A program made the translations under genes and the position numbers. The notes under the pieces are model-generated. The model ran no database searches. It saw nothing but the letters and a program-made list of their open reading frames with translations, and had not been told where the DNA came from. DNA of 64,000 bases, taken from NCBI GenBank assembly GCA_951406725.2, contig OX597815.1, positions 107,074,001 to 107,138,000 of the forward strand, in the 5' to 3' direction. Source of the DNA: Octopus vulgaris (taxonomy: Eukaryota). This document shows positions 41,178 through 54,643 of this stretch, piece by piece; the stretch's first letter is position 1; each line of letters starts with the position of its first letter.

Positions 41178-43602
41178 CAGAGTGGCCCTTATTTTTCAAC
41201 TTTCTAAAAGTTTAGCTCCTACCCAACTGTCTTGTTCCAATTAACAAAAAAAAGACAATCAATGCAAAATTTTAGCTCAATCGAACAACTGCAAGGCGAC
41301 CCTCATCGACCATGAAATTTTGAAGTTTTTGCCCGGAGAGTCATTTTTTTCAGATAAAATTTTTTATCTCTTATATAATTTTCTCTTTAATTAAAACCTT
41401 GTTCAGACATATTCTTGGTAATAGGATAAGTGGCAATAAATATAATGGGTAAGGCAACTGCAAAGCTGAAGACAGTGCAGGTATAGGACAAATACCTATT
41501 TTTTGCTGTCATCTAGGTTGTGAGTTGTGTTCGTCTGTTGAAAGAATTGTATTACACCTAATGATAGCGTTGAGAAATAAAATATTAAGAAATATATGCT
41601 AGTGATAAACAGTGAACTAATATGACTTGTCCACGTTTGTAAATGTAAGTCAATTTTGTAATAACTTGTAAGCACTCATTCAGTTTGTTGTAGTGCATTA
41701 TGATATAGATCTTCCTCCTGTTGTGTTGGTAGCCCTGACAAAGTTGTAATACCATGTTCATAACCTCTCCGTTTTTATAATGTTATGTGCTTTGTATACT
41801 TATTATCAATGCCTTAGAACAAAATTTAGAGAAGCGAGACACAGAAATACAGCACAAATTTAACCTAAATGACTGTAAAGAATTAGAATTGCACTGAGAT
41901 GGAAAGCTGCCCCAGCACTCACAGGTGTTGAAAAGTTGATAGACTGGCAATAATAGTAACTTTTCAAGGCAAGGAGCAATTGTTGGGAGTCCCTGAAATT
42001 CCAACACCTTCAGGAGAACAGCAAGCTGTGGCTGTTTACCAAGCAGTGGAGATGTGGGGTATAACAAACAAAATTCAGGCACTTTGCTGTGATACGACAG
42101 CAAGCAACACAGATTGAGTGAATGGTGCTAGTATAAATCTAGAAAAGTTGTTCAATCATGACCTGTTGTACTTCCTTTAATGTCATCACATTTTTGAGTT
42201 AGTTTTTAGGAGCTGTTTTGACTCACTGATGGGTGCAACTTCTGGTCAAGACATGGCATTTTTCAAAAGATTTAGAGAAACCTGAACAAAACTCAACAAG
42301 AAGGTTTACATAATTAGTTGCAATGAAGTGTCTGATGATGTCCGCTCTACCATTCTTGGATTTCTTGAATACCATCTTTCCGCGCAGAGACAACAGTGAA
42401 ATGATTACCAAGAATTGTTGGAGTTAATGATGATCTTTCTTAGTGGCATTCAGAAGAACGGGATATCATTTCATACACCAGGAACTGTAAATCATGCCAG
42501 GTGGATGTCAAAAGCAATTTATGCATTCAAGATATACCTGTTTCAAGATCAATTTCTGTTATCTCCTGAGGAGAAGAACTCTTTAAAAAGAATATGTATT
42601 TTTCTTGCTCAAGTGTATGTTTGAGCCTTGTTTCTGTCATCAGAAATAATTATCAGGATATTGATCCAGAAATCAGTAAGGTTGCTGCGAAAAAATTTTC
42701 CATCCATCTCTGGTCAAAAACTGTGGTTCTACCCATATTTGATGACAATATTCCAGAGGTGAAGAAGAGGAAGAAGAAAGAAAAAAAATCAACTGATGGG
42801 GTACATTCTGCACCAAAATGACTTTTCTTTCCATACAAACATTGAGTTTTTATCTTTTGTAACTCCTAGTACAAAAACTTTCTTCACAAGATTTTCTATC
42901 AGCATCGATTTCCTCAACAAAGACCCTTCAACATGGAAGGATGATCCTAGTTACAAAAGTGGACTTGAAAAACTTGAGAAAACAGTTCTTGTGAAAGATG
43001 TTGCAGAAAGAGGTGTCAAACTCATTCAGGATTACAATAACATTCTCACAAAAGATGAAACTGAGAAACAATTTGTTTTACAGATGATTACCGAAAACTG
43101 TTAAACATACCCAACTGCCACTAAATCCTCTCTTATGCAAAAATAATGTTCAATATTCAGTGTTCACTTCATGTTTTTGATTCTATAGAAATTATTGTTG
43201 TAAATAAAAATGCATTTCTCTTATAGAAGTTGTGTGCTTTATTAAGTAAACCTAATATTTCTTAAGTTTTACATCTTATTTCAAGAATTTTTCAAATTAG
43301 CTATTGGTGAATTTGATTCAGAACGTTTTTACATCTGTTGGGGTTACCTGGATGTGTTCACAGAAACTTCTCTAAGAAGGAAAAAGAAAATGGTTAAGAA
43401 AAAGAACAGTATACCACTTTTGTACAGAATTAATCGTTGCGTATACTATGTTCCAACTTCAAGGCATTTGAAGGTCGCCTAACAGTTGTCTGATTAAGCT
43501 GAAATTTTGCACACTGTTGTTTTGTTTATTGGAACAGGATTAGGAGGTGGGAGCAGCAAAACTGTAACTTTTGATAAATACCTATTGCTAAGGACCACTC
43601 TA
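41178..43602 (+). mobile_element. Decayed hAT-superfamily (hATm-like) DNA transposon with both ends
   Basis: Termini (C/T)AGAGTGG(C/T)CCTTA with about 140 bp of imperfect inverted similarity. Flanks atgcatat/atatatat (6/8, possible TSD). Broken transposase with CDTTASNT, CHHIFELV, PGTVNHARWMSKAIY and KDVAERGVKLIQDYN. Confidence 0.85.
41850..43146 (+). pseudogene. hAT transposase pseudogene (stops and frameshifts)
   Basis: ORF fragments 42415-42624, 42594-42821 and 42796-43104, plus motifs in interrupted frames. Confidence 0.8.
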
Positions 43603-43776
43603 ATATATATATATAACACACAAACAAACATACATATATACACATTAATATACACAAATGCCAACCACTTTACAGAGTGTACTGGGTGAATTTTTTGTCT
43701 CCAGCAATACAGAACTAATCAAGTCCACAAGAAAGCAACATCTGTAGCCCATACCTGCTCACTCACAAACCTATTT

Positions 43777-43840
43777 ACAGAGAGAGGCACAAAGGATAAG
43801 AAAGACAACAGAGAGAGGCACAAAAGATAAGAAAGACAAA
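43777..43840. repeat. ~30 bp tandem duplication
   Basis: acagagagaggcacaaa(g/a)gataagaaagaca x2. Confidence 0.8.
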
Positions 43841-43979
43841 TATATGAGTGAGAGGGATAAGTCAGAAGAGTGCTCAGTATTTGAAACAAGTAATGAGGAT
43901 AGAGCAAGTGGATAGAGTGTTAACAGAGGCAAGGTAACCTGAAATATAAAGTGAGGATAGAGGGAGAGCCAGGATGCAT

Positions 43980-43982
<3 letters not shown>

Positions 43983-44060
<78 letters not shown>
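43983..44060. repeat. (GT)n microsatellite
   Basis: Perfect dinucleotide run. Confidence 0.95.
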
Positions 44061-44063
<3 letters not shown>

Positions 44064-44553
44064 GAAAGAGAGAGAGAAAGACAGGTATGCATAGATATAG
44101 ATACACATACCTATATGTACACACACACACATCATCATTATATTAACAACTACTTTTCCATGCTTGTATGGATCAGATGGAATTTCTTGAGGCAGATTTT
44201 CTATGGCTGGATGCCCTTTCTATCACCAACTCACACTTGTTTCCAAGCGAGGTAAAATTTCCCAATGTCCAAACATGTTTTTCACAGAAATCTGGAAATG
44301 AATATTATTTGTATAACTAATGAAAATCATTTGTATGACTAATGCTCATTTACAACCACATGTAAATCAAGACAAGGGCACACACAAATAAAAAACACAT
44401 ACACCACACTACACACACACCTTCCAGTTTCTGTATACCAATTGCAGCCACAAGACCAATATGTAGTGCAGTGGAAGTGAAGATGAAACCACATGGTTAA
44501 GAAACAAACTTCTCAGTCACACACTTGGTGGGTGCGTGTATGTGTGCACGCAC

Positions 44554-44586
<33 letters not shown>

Positions 44587-45049
44587 GACGCATACATATA
44601 TATAGACAGTTAGATAGATATGTATACATGTGTGCTTGTAACGGGGAAAAAGGTTAGTAAACAGAAAACATCTGACGACTGAACCATGTTTCATTTCTGA
44701 GTATCTATGTTAATTTGATGATCCATAGCAAAAGCCCTTATGGATTAAAATTCATTGTAAATAAGAGCTAAAAACATTTAATTCAAATATTTGATAGAAA
44801 AAAAATCTCATACATGAAAAAAAAAAAAAACTACTGCTCTTTTTCTGTTTCAGTTATTGGCTTGCAGCCCTATTGGGGCACTGCAGCATGCAGTTAATTT
44901 ATATCTCTCAAAAACTGTACATAAAATTCAAATAGTGTAAAATTAAAAGAATGAACATTGCAAAATAGACTTCAGGAATCATGTAAAAAGAGTTAGTAAA
45001 AGAAAAGTTGCTTAATCCAAAAGTAAAAAAGGGGAAAATGTTTTCTTAC

Positions 45050-45124
45050 CTGAGGATGTATACAATGATAGTTGCAATGTGGTTGATACTTAAGGCAAGA
45101 TGAAAAAGATCTTTGGATATTCAG
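45050..45124 (-). other. Probable 5'UTR exon of GW182/TNRC6 (75 nt)
   Basis: Strong acceptor ttttacttttttacag|C and donor CAG|GTAAG. It has no ATG. If spliced to the 19263 exon it places a TGA in the main frame upstream of ATG 19202. Confidence 0.55.
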
Positions 45125-46349
45125 CTGTAAAAAAGTAAAAGTATAATTTAGATCACAATCATCATCATATGCCATATTCATAAAATAAAAACATGCACAC
45201 ATAATACACAACACACAAACTTCTTGGTGTGTAAATATGCAACCTATCTTATAGAAAATAAGACTAATATAACTTCAGGTTTCAAACTTATGGGATTGCA
45301 TTTAGCTCTCTCGTTAAAAGCACGATTAATGCCCCTTTATGATTTCAGTTAATGCACTTTCAAGATTTGATGTTTTAAGACTAGTGTACAGTTGTCTTTA
45401 GCATATCTTGTCAACTGTGCCCTTGCTTTAAATATAAACTGACAGTTGCTCATGCATAGTATTTTTCAGTGTTCAGCAGATCACAGCTCAACTATAAGGT
45501 TATTAAAACTGTAATACTTCACATTCTACATAGTAACTGCAATAAGTTTACTTACTATATGATAACAAATAGTCTATCATTTTCCTCTAGTTAGTATTTT
45601 CAATTTTATGAACCAATTTATTTATTGTTGTTATCTAAGGTATTGTTATTTAAGCATATTTTTTTTAGATGTTTAAGAAAAATATGAACATATACATTTC
45701 AACAATCATGCGCACGCACACACACATTGCGAAAGGAGCAAGAGGGAGTTTTTCAGCTGGAAATATATTGAATGTAATTGTGGCATGGTAACAACCTTCT
45801 GTTCTTAAATTGAGTATGTCTCTGAGAAATATTTTTTTGCAACTTAACTAAAACAAAATAAAATCATTTGACATTGCTATGGTTGTGGAAGAAAACAGTA
45901 CTTGGTTTAAAACAACAAATTTAAAAAATTACTGATACAAGCAAAACATTGTTTTAAAAGAAGTAGAAAAGCATATTGTTATAAAATAAAAGTCAATGTT
46001 TGACAATAAATACACTTCCCAATGACAAATTGTCTACTTTTTCAAGTGGTTTCAAGACACCTTTGAAAATCTTTTACTTAACATAATAACAATAGCTTCA
46101 CTGATGTAAAAGCTTTATAAGATACTTTTTTTGCATACCCCATTATTCAATGTTCTATTTTCTTTGTTTATATTAAAAAACAAGTTTTCAAACTGGAAAT
46201 AGTATCCAACTAGATTAGATGTTAAGATGTTCATAGAGAAACCATCTGTCAATGTCTACAGTTGGTTGGCAAAACTAAATGGATTTCCTGAGTTACAAAT
46301 TATTTTAGCTTTGTGCAATCTTCTATTCCCCTTCAAAATACTGTGTTAA

Positions 46350-47259
46350 CCCTTCAATTCATGTAGAGCTCTCTCTATGTAAACCTCCTAAACCTCTTAG
46401 AAACTAGAGGGTTTGATGAAACTAGGTGACAGGATGTAATAAATGTTGGGTGTACACTGAGAATGATCCCCCACCCACCCACTGCTGTCATTGTTAGTCT
46501 CAGTCTCACCTACCCAGGTAGGATGAATGCAGTTAAGTTGATTATAGGTAGATGTTTGCTAGATATTATATTTACTAGATATTGTTTCCTGGACATTGAT
46601 TTCTTCCCTCAGAGTTGAATTTGTGCACAAGTAGTCTTTGTAACTTGGAAGATGCCCAACTCTCATCAGAAAAAGCATTCCTAGATAGGTCTTCATTTCA
46701 TCTATTGATGTAACGAAGGTGGTGTTACCCTGTTGATGCACATATCTTGAGGTCTTATTGCTGATCCTCACAAATGTTACTCAGGAAAAAATTGAAAATA
46801 CTCAACTGATTTTGCTTGTAAGTTCAAAAGATTTTTTAGGGCCCACATCACTAAGAAAAGCATTCATGCAATCAACTTTGTCCTCATTGCTTCACAAATC
46901 CAGTTACAAATTGCAGTCTGGATTACAGACATCAATAGTGAGTAAATATGAGACTGAAATACCAGTTTGATTATTTTCTCCATGTCAAAGCTCAATTTCT
47001 CTAATTAAATCATTAATATAACTCACTGTTTAAAGTATTACGTGACATGACACTTGAACATTGAAGTGAATAAACAATGGACAGTAACACATATGGTGTA
47101 AATGGAATGTCTTTTAACAAGAGGTCTTTCTAAATTGAAGCTAAACTTTGTTTCTTGCACAAGAGTATTTAGTTCTTCCTCTGTGCTCACCTCAAACAAC
47201 AACAGGGTTGTGTGCAGATTAGGACTTGGTGATAATTTCAGTTATTTGAGTTACAGGAG
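46350..47259 (-). mobile_element. Internally deleted piggyBac element
   Basis: ORF 46559-46771 contains TSIDEMKTYLGMLFLMRVGHLPSYKDYL, typical of piggyBac transposases. TTAA at 46346-49 and 47260-63, with degenerate inverted ends (cccttcaattca / tgagttacaggag). Confidence 0.65.
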
Positions 47260-50200
47260 TTAAAACAAAAATCAATGTTTGACAACATACAAAAATTTTA
47301 AATGGATAAAAAGTAGCATTGAAAATTGGTTAAGGTTTATTCTGTAGAACACAAGAGCATCAAAAATAAACAGTTAACATAGTGGTAATTAATTAAACTA
47401 GCTGCTAAAATATAGATGCATGCTAATCAGTGTATTTGATTTAATAAAACATTATATGTACAGTGAGTTGCTGATAAATCTCAATAACAGCTAAAACTGA
47501 TCCAATAGTCTTTTTTTCTGTAAACAGTGAGATTATGAAAACACTAATTTATAGTTGTCTAATGTATTTCAGTTTAATTTATACATGCAGTATTGGTGGA
47601 AATCAAAATATTTTTTACTTGTAGACATATACAATTACATATACTCATCCATCTAGACATTACACACACACAATGCTAACATAAAAAAAACCCACAAGTG
47701 TGTTTGTATATGTATACATACACATATAGTCACAATCTGCTAACAGGCAAAGCTCAGGTAAATTTATTTCTTTATATATTAAACATACCTTTCAACTGTA
47801 CCCAACATGTTGAGTTCTATATTAGATATTATACACTTTTTATATGCTTTACAATTCTTACATTACATATATGCATACATACCATTGTTTCATACCAGCT
47901 TCCCATTCTGGTATAGCTTTAACAGGTGAACACAGTTTGAGTCAGTTCTTTGTAGTTACTGCTGACATGGGTCAGACGGTTAGACAAGAGCTGGCAAGTA
48001 AGAGAGCTGCACCAAGCTCTATTGTCTGCTTTGGCATGATTTCTACAGCTACATGCCCATCCTAAAGCTAACCCCTATACAGAATGTACTGAGCTTTTAA
48101 TGGGGCACCAGCATTGTCACCAAGTAACTTGCAAGACAAAGACATCTTCCCTGGCAGAGTGAGTGATGTTGAGGGAGGTGGTTTTATACCAGCTAAGAGG
48201 TTTAAAGTATTATAATAGAGGGATAGAGATAGGTGTCTTACTATATATATATTTTACACATTACGTGATATAGACTTCAATATGCTGGATAGAATGGATA
48301 TATAGATTTATATCGAAAGTTGACAGTCTATTCAGTTCCACTTTCAGTGTGTTGTCGACTAACAGCACAACAGTCAACTCAGGGAGGGAGAGAGGGAAGG
48401 AGGGGGAGAGAGAGAGAGAATGAGAGAAATATACACAAACATAAAAACTACATACATATAATGTAAGTATGTGAGTGTATGTGCAGCACAAAACTTCTTG
48501 CTATGAATTTTAAGGTTTGTTTTGCCATGACTGCACAAATGGGTAGGTCTTCTGTACTGTCACAAATTGAAACGGTCCTTTGCTATCTCTTCAATGAGAA
48601 GCAACAACTTCTGATCAGTTATCACTTCTTTCAACTACATAGCACTTCTTTATACAAATGTCCTCATCCATACATATCACATACCCATACAAATGTAATC
48701 TCCTTTCTTTACTTCAGCTGATTTCTTTTATATTTAGTTTTTTTCTCTTTTGTTGCTCATGTACACTAACATTACACATGTACAGTGTGTTCCTTCATTT
48801 CTTTCTGGTCTTCACATATTCTGACCATTCAAGGCTTCACATCTTGTTCCTAAATGCACTGTTCCTATTCTGGCTACTATACATTTACAAGTGAGTTTGA
48901 AAAAAGCTAGAAGTCTCTATCAGTCAGGACCTCAGGAAGGTTACCTACCTTTTTGCATCACCATTGGTAAGACAGAATTTAAGATAGTTTACCATTTCAG
49001 CTATTTGAAGGGCATCTGCTTGTCTGATGCCCTTCAATTAGTTTTTACTTGTACAGGTGCATAATCAACCACACATTGAAGTGACCACAAATTGAGATGA
49101 AGTGTTTTTCTCAAGAATACAACACACCAGCTGGTTTGGGAATCAAAACCATGATGCACGATAACTGCTGGACCATGCATCCTTGCTCATATGTGCGCAT
49201 GCACATACAAGCACACTCATAAATACAGGCATATCTATTCGATTGGGAAGTTTGCTTCCCAGCCATGTGGTTTGGGGTTCAGTTCTATTCCACAGTACCA
49301 TGGGCAAATATATTTAGCTATAGCCATGGGCTGATGAAAGCCAAGTGAGTTGATTTGGCAGAAGGGAACTGAAAGAAACCTGTTGCATATGTATGCATGT
49401 GCATGTGTGTGTTGTCTACATCTGCACTTCTCTAAAAATTGCTAAGCTACAAGCAATGACATTGTTTACTGGCTTTCCAATTTGAGGACACATACAATAA
49501 ATGGTCCCAGCCTTGAAAACCAGGTAAGGGTTATGTAAAAGAAGGTCATCTGGCAGTAAAACACTGCCTCATCAATATATTTGTTTAACCCATGTCTGCA
49601 TAGAAAATGGACACAAAAATGAACGAACAAATGTAGATATACATACACATCTCCCTTTTCTCTTGATGATAGATCTATAAAGCTAAAATATTGTTTTCCT
49701 GTTGTATTTGTTTTCACAACTTTACTCAGTTTGCTATGTAAGTGATTTTGTGTGTGTGTGTGTGTGAGGAGGGAGAGAAAGACCTAATAATTGGGGACTG
49801 GACACAATACTGATGTTTAAAAGAAAGCCAGATAGACATGTCATGCATATGCTCAAAAGTGAAGAGGATAAACAACCTATAGTAAATAATGGAGTCCTCA
49901 AAAGGTACTCACTTCCCAATAGCCTTCCATGAAACCCCAACCAGGAAGAGAAATGCTCTGCTTACAAAAACGAAGGGGAAAAAAGGTCATCTATGTTTGA
50001 CTTCCATAAACCTGGCAATGAAACTTACATATACATGAAAGGTGAATGGTTTGAGGAACATCATTAAGCCACAATCGTTGAGAAAACAAAAACAGGGCAG
50101 AGTTGATCATTTGCTGAAGGAAAAGGGAAGTCACCAACCCTTATTGAAAAAAATCAAGATAACAGATAAAGAACAACACTGAAAAATAAGATGACTGAAA

Positions 50201-50985
50201 TAATCAGCAGATGTGTTGGGTTTTAGTAAACTCCTTGGTAGGCCTAGTATAAAGATAAACACAATTCAGGAAGCCTTTAATTAAAAAAGAACATTAAAAC
50301 TCGTGTACTTCATTTGCCTACAAATTAAACCATACATTTTCTGTTACATATCTTGTCCTATATAATTTAATCATGTCATTTAACTACTACTTTTATTTCA
50401 ATTTTTTACTATCGCTCCTTTCTTCCAGCTTGTGCTTCACACTATTTTCCTGCTTATTATTTTGTCTTCTTTTACATAGGCTTGTCTAATTTCTTTCTCC
50501 TTTTTTTCTTTCTTAATTCTCATTCATCTCCTCCTATTTCTCAATTCCTACTCTGTTCACTAACTCATTTTACCATTTTATTCGTATTTCCTTTTCAAGA
50601 AATAAACCAATAATTAAATAACACCATGCAATTCACTAAGTGAGTCTGTCTCAGTCTGTAAGTAACCCAGCACAACCTATAAACATAAGGCAGCCATTAC
50701 CACACCAACTCCCTGCTTCCAGTCTATACTTCTCTGTCTCTTGCACTTTAAACTCTATCAATAGGAACAGCTTCCTATGCTATCAAGCAAATTTCTTGAG
50801 AAGACAGATTAAGGAAGCTGTTTTGAAATATATTTTTTCAGCTTCTCACATATCACTCACTCAGTGATCTATACATACATGCACTCACATATATACATAT
50901 ATATATATATACACACATATACATATATATATATATACACATATACATATATATATATACACATATACATATATATATATATATG

Positions 50986-51173
50986 TGCGGGTGGCACGTA
51001 AAAAGCACCCACTACACTCGCGGAGTGGTTGGCGTTAGGAAGGGCATCCAGCCGTAGAAACACTGCCAGATCAGACTGGGCCTGATGCAGCCTTCCGGCT
51101 TCACAGACCCCAGTTGAACCGTCCAACCCATGATAGCATGGAGAACGGACACTAAATGATGATGATGATGATG
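50986..51173 (+). mobile_element. Young copy of the same SINE-like repeat, opposite orientation
   Basis: Nearly identical reverse complement of 9700-9870. Ends in (gat)n. Confidence 0.85.
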
Positions 51174-52364
51174 TATATGTAAAAAAATACAAACTGGGAC
51201 AGGAACGCAAAACATTTAGAAGACGATACAAAAAACACGGATGGGACATTCGAAGCCTTCAATCTTCAGTCAAGAACTGGATCATCTTCGCAATTTCGGC
51301 TGAGGAAAAATAGAACTCAAAATATGAGTATATGTATATTTTTAATATTTAGCAGAACTGCATTGGCACTTATCAAACTTTGATAAGTGTGAACACATGA
51401 AACTCTTAGACCATTAATTGCGCTAAATATAAATAAAAATACACACACACAATACTACTTTGTGATATAGCAGATGGTGACTATCCTAATGATGGTTACT
51501 TCTTTTGACAATTCTTAAGCAAATGTCTTTCACAAGTGCCTCAGGTCAAGCCATGCTTTCTAAGTGAACTGAATAAAGGCAAATTGTGAAGAAGCCTGGT
51601 ATATGGATTGTAGCTCTAATTCAAAAGTTCAGATGTTACACAATGTCTCACACTAATTCTATCTGAGAATTACAACAAGATTACATAAGTCTGTGGAATG
51701 CTCAGCCATTTACTAATTCAATGAGCCTGTTGGAGTAGTTGATTAAATTGCTACAAATTCATGTTTTGAAGATTCTAACCAAAATCTATTCCACCCATGC
51801 AGTATGAGACATTAGGTACATACAAACATATACATGTGTGTGCATGCATGTACACACACACACACCAGAATGTATTAGGAATGAATATGTTTTGATATCT
51901 TGCTGTTTAACCAGCACAGAATGAGTTATGGCTTTGGCAGACAAAAGCAAGTCATCCTTTTTTTTTACCTTCGTGTTCCATTCTGGCATGGGTCGAATGT
52001 TTTGACAGGATCCAATGGGTCCAACGACTACATCATGCTCCAGTGTCTGTTTTGGCATGGCTTCTGCAATGGATGCCTTTCCTAACATCAACTACTTTAC
52101 TATGTGCATTGGGTGCTTTTTTACTGTGGCATTGGCACTAGAAGCTGCTATGCAGCTTACAAGATTACAAAAATGAGGAGGGGGGCAGATTTACACAAAG
52201 AGACAGAGTGTAACAGTATGAGAAGCAGTGCATGTGTTGTTGAGCAAGTTCTTGTAAAGAAGCTACATAGCAACACACACAAGGAAATGTGTGTGTATAT
52301 ATATACATTCTTTTATAAGTTCCAGTTTTGAGGCTGCAGCCATGCTGGGGCACCACCAGTGTAA

Positions 52365-53000
52365 TCCCTTTTAATTGGCCAATTCTATGGGATTGACTTT
52401 TTGGTGAAAGGAGTTCGATACTGCTGCCCTCTTTTGAGTTTCCTGCCTTAATATTGGTTCATCTGGGATCTTATATAGCAAGAGGTCAAGCTGTTTCTTG
52501 AAAACATCTACTCCCACTCCATAGGGATTCCTCAGATGTTTTGGCAAGGAGTTAAATAGCTGTGGGCCCTTGAATTCCAAGCTATTGCAGTACACAGTCC
52601 TCACCATAGATGAGACAACTGGGACTTTTGGAACAGTGCAGTGATGTCCATTTCGAGGTCCGGTATAACTCTCAATTCCAAAGTTTGGTGCCAACCCCTC
52701 CAGTATCTTCCACATGTGTATCACTGCATACCTCTCCTATCTTTGCTCCAGGGAGTAGAGTCGTAGCTCTTTCAGTCTCTCCTAGTAGCTCAGCTGTTTC
52801 ATTGATGCAATCTTCCTCATGTAGTATTCGCTGAACCATCTCAAGTTCTGCTAATAATCCTACAGTGTAAAGTGACCACAGTTGAGAGCAGTAGCCCAGA
52901 CAGCTGAGGACAAATGTCCTCTATAGGACCAGCATAGTTTCTTGTTCTGAAGGTTCTCAGAATCCATCCAGCCATTCACCTACACATTACCACCATCTGG
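52365..53000 (-). mobile_element. CR1/L2-group LINE ORF2 3' fragment
   Basis: ORF 52371-52724 (IHMWKILEGLAPN...KGPQLFNSLPKHLRN...FKKQLDLLLYKIPDEP) and upstream YCSQLWS...LEMVQR in shifted frames. Confidence 0.8.
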
Positions 53001-53424
53001 AGTGTGAAAGTTAAATTTTTATTGATACTGTTAGCACTAAAGAAACATGAAAAATGAGAGATAAGTGCTTTTCAGAATAAGCAAACAGCGCTAACCCAGT
53101 AATGAACTTCATTGAATATTTCAGAGTAAATTTGTTCTAGATCTTTTTGTGACACTACATTCAATGGTAAGTAGATTATATTGATATCAGAAATAGTTTG
53201 TATGCTGAACTCAATAAACAAGAGCCAACATTCTTGCTTGTTTTACTGATCTGGGAGTAGCTTTGACTGAACAGACATAACCTGGTTAAAACACTAGTGT
53301 CTCAAAGTCCTCCAACATCAATGATGTTGAGTGTAGTGTCAACACACATCGTCTGAAGCTGAAATACAACAGCAATCAACATATTCACATTCAAATCTGC
53401 TGGAACATATTAAGAATATTCTCT

Positions 53425-53795
53425 TTTACACATTTCAGTCATTTGACTGTGGCCATGTTGGAGCAACGCCTTTAGTCAAACAAATTGACTCCAGGACTTA
53501 TTCTTTGTAAGCCTAGTACTTATTCTTTTGGTCTCTTTTATTGAACAGCTAAGTTTCAGGGACATAAACACAGCAACATTGGTTGTAAAGTGATGATTGG
53601 GGGGGGGGGGCAGTCACACACATAAATATATATATATATACACAACGGGCTTCTTTCAGTTTCCATCTACCAAATCCACTGACAAGGCTTTGGTCAGTCT
53701 GAGGCTATAGAAGACACTTGCCCAAGATGTCACACAGTGGGGCTGAACCTGGAACCATGTTGTTGAGAAGCAAGCTTCTTACCACACAGCCACAT
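53425..53795 (-). mobile_element. Composite tRNA-derived SINE (related pieces ~9520-9680, 20810-20890, 40870-41050, 49220-49390, 61860-61980)
   Basis: On the minus strand: gtggctgtgtggtaagaagcttg...ggttccaggttcagccc (A/B-box-like) and the shared body gtggatttggtagatggaaactgaaagaagcccg. Confidence 0.7.
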
Positions 53796-54595
53796 CTGAT
53801 CCTTTTGATCCTTGCTGTTCTGCATAGATATGGTAATTTATCATATACAGATTGTTTTTAGATATTATATTACACACACACACAAATGAAGTCCACCTCA
53901 ATCCCTATCTCTAATCAAGTCACACTCTTTTCACTTTAGTGCACTTACCTACTCAACCATCTTTTCTATTCTTTCTCCTTGTACCTTGACCTCCCCCCTC
54001 TTCCCCACCCTATCTCTCTCATTTCAGAAGAGGAAGCCAGGTATTCACCTCTTCATCAAGACATCTACTCCTGTCCTTCTATCATACTTTCGCATTGTTT
54101 AATACTATACCCCACTTTGTTGAGGGATTTTGTCTTGCAAGTACTTGGTGACATCACCAGTGCTGGTGCCACCAAAACAAAGTACCCAGTACACTTTGTA
54201 AAGTAGTTTGTGTTAGGAAGGGTATCCAGCTGTAGAAATCATGCCAAAGCAAACAATGGAGCTCAGCAGAGTCCTCTGGCTCATCAGTTTGAACAGTCCA
54301 ATCCATTCCAACAAGGAAAAAATGTTAAATGATGATCATACAATTGAAAGGTACATATGTGCTTTAAACAGGTATCGTTTTGATTCTTCACACTGACTTC
54401 TTTCTTAGAGAGTTCACCTGAAATGTTAGTCTATTTCTTATCCTTTTTCCCTTTTTTTCTGCATACAGTTCACTGTGAACAGCTGTTTAAGTAAATTTTG
54501 AGGGATGTCTACATTCTGTCCACTACGTTTTGAATTTTTGCCTCACTCTCACATTGTCCAGCTGTCTCTTATTCCCCTTATTCTATTCTACCCCC

Positions 54596-54643
<48 letters not shown>

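Noticed and set aside
43719-44255. HT/CV-repeat ORFs
   Set aside because: Translations of (GT)n and neighbouring simple repeats.
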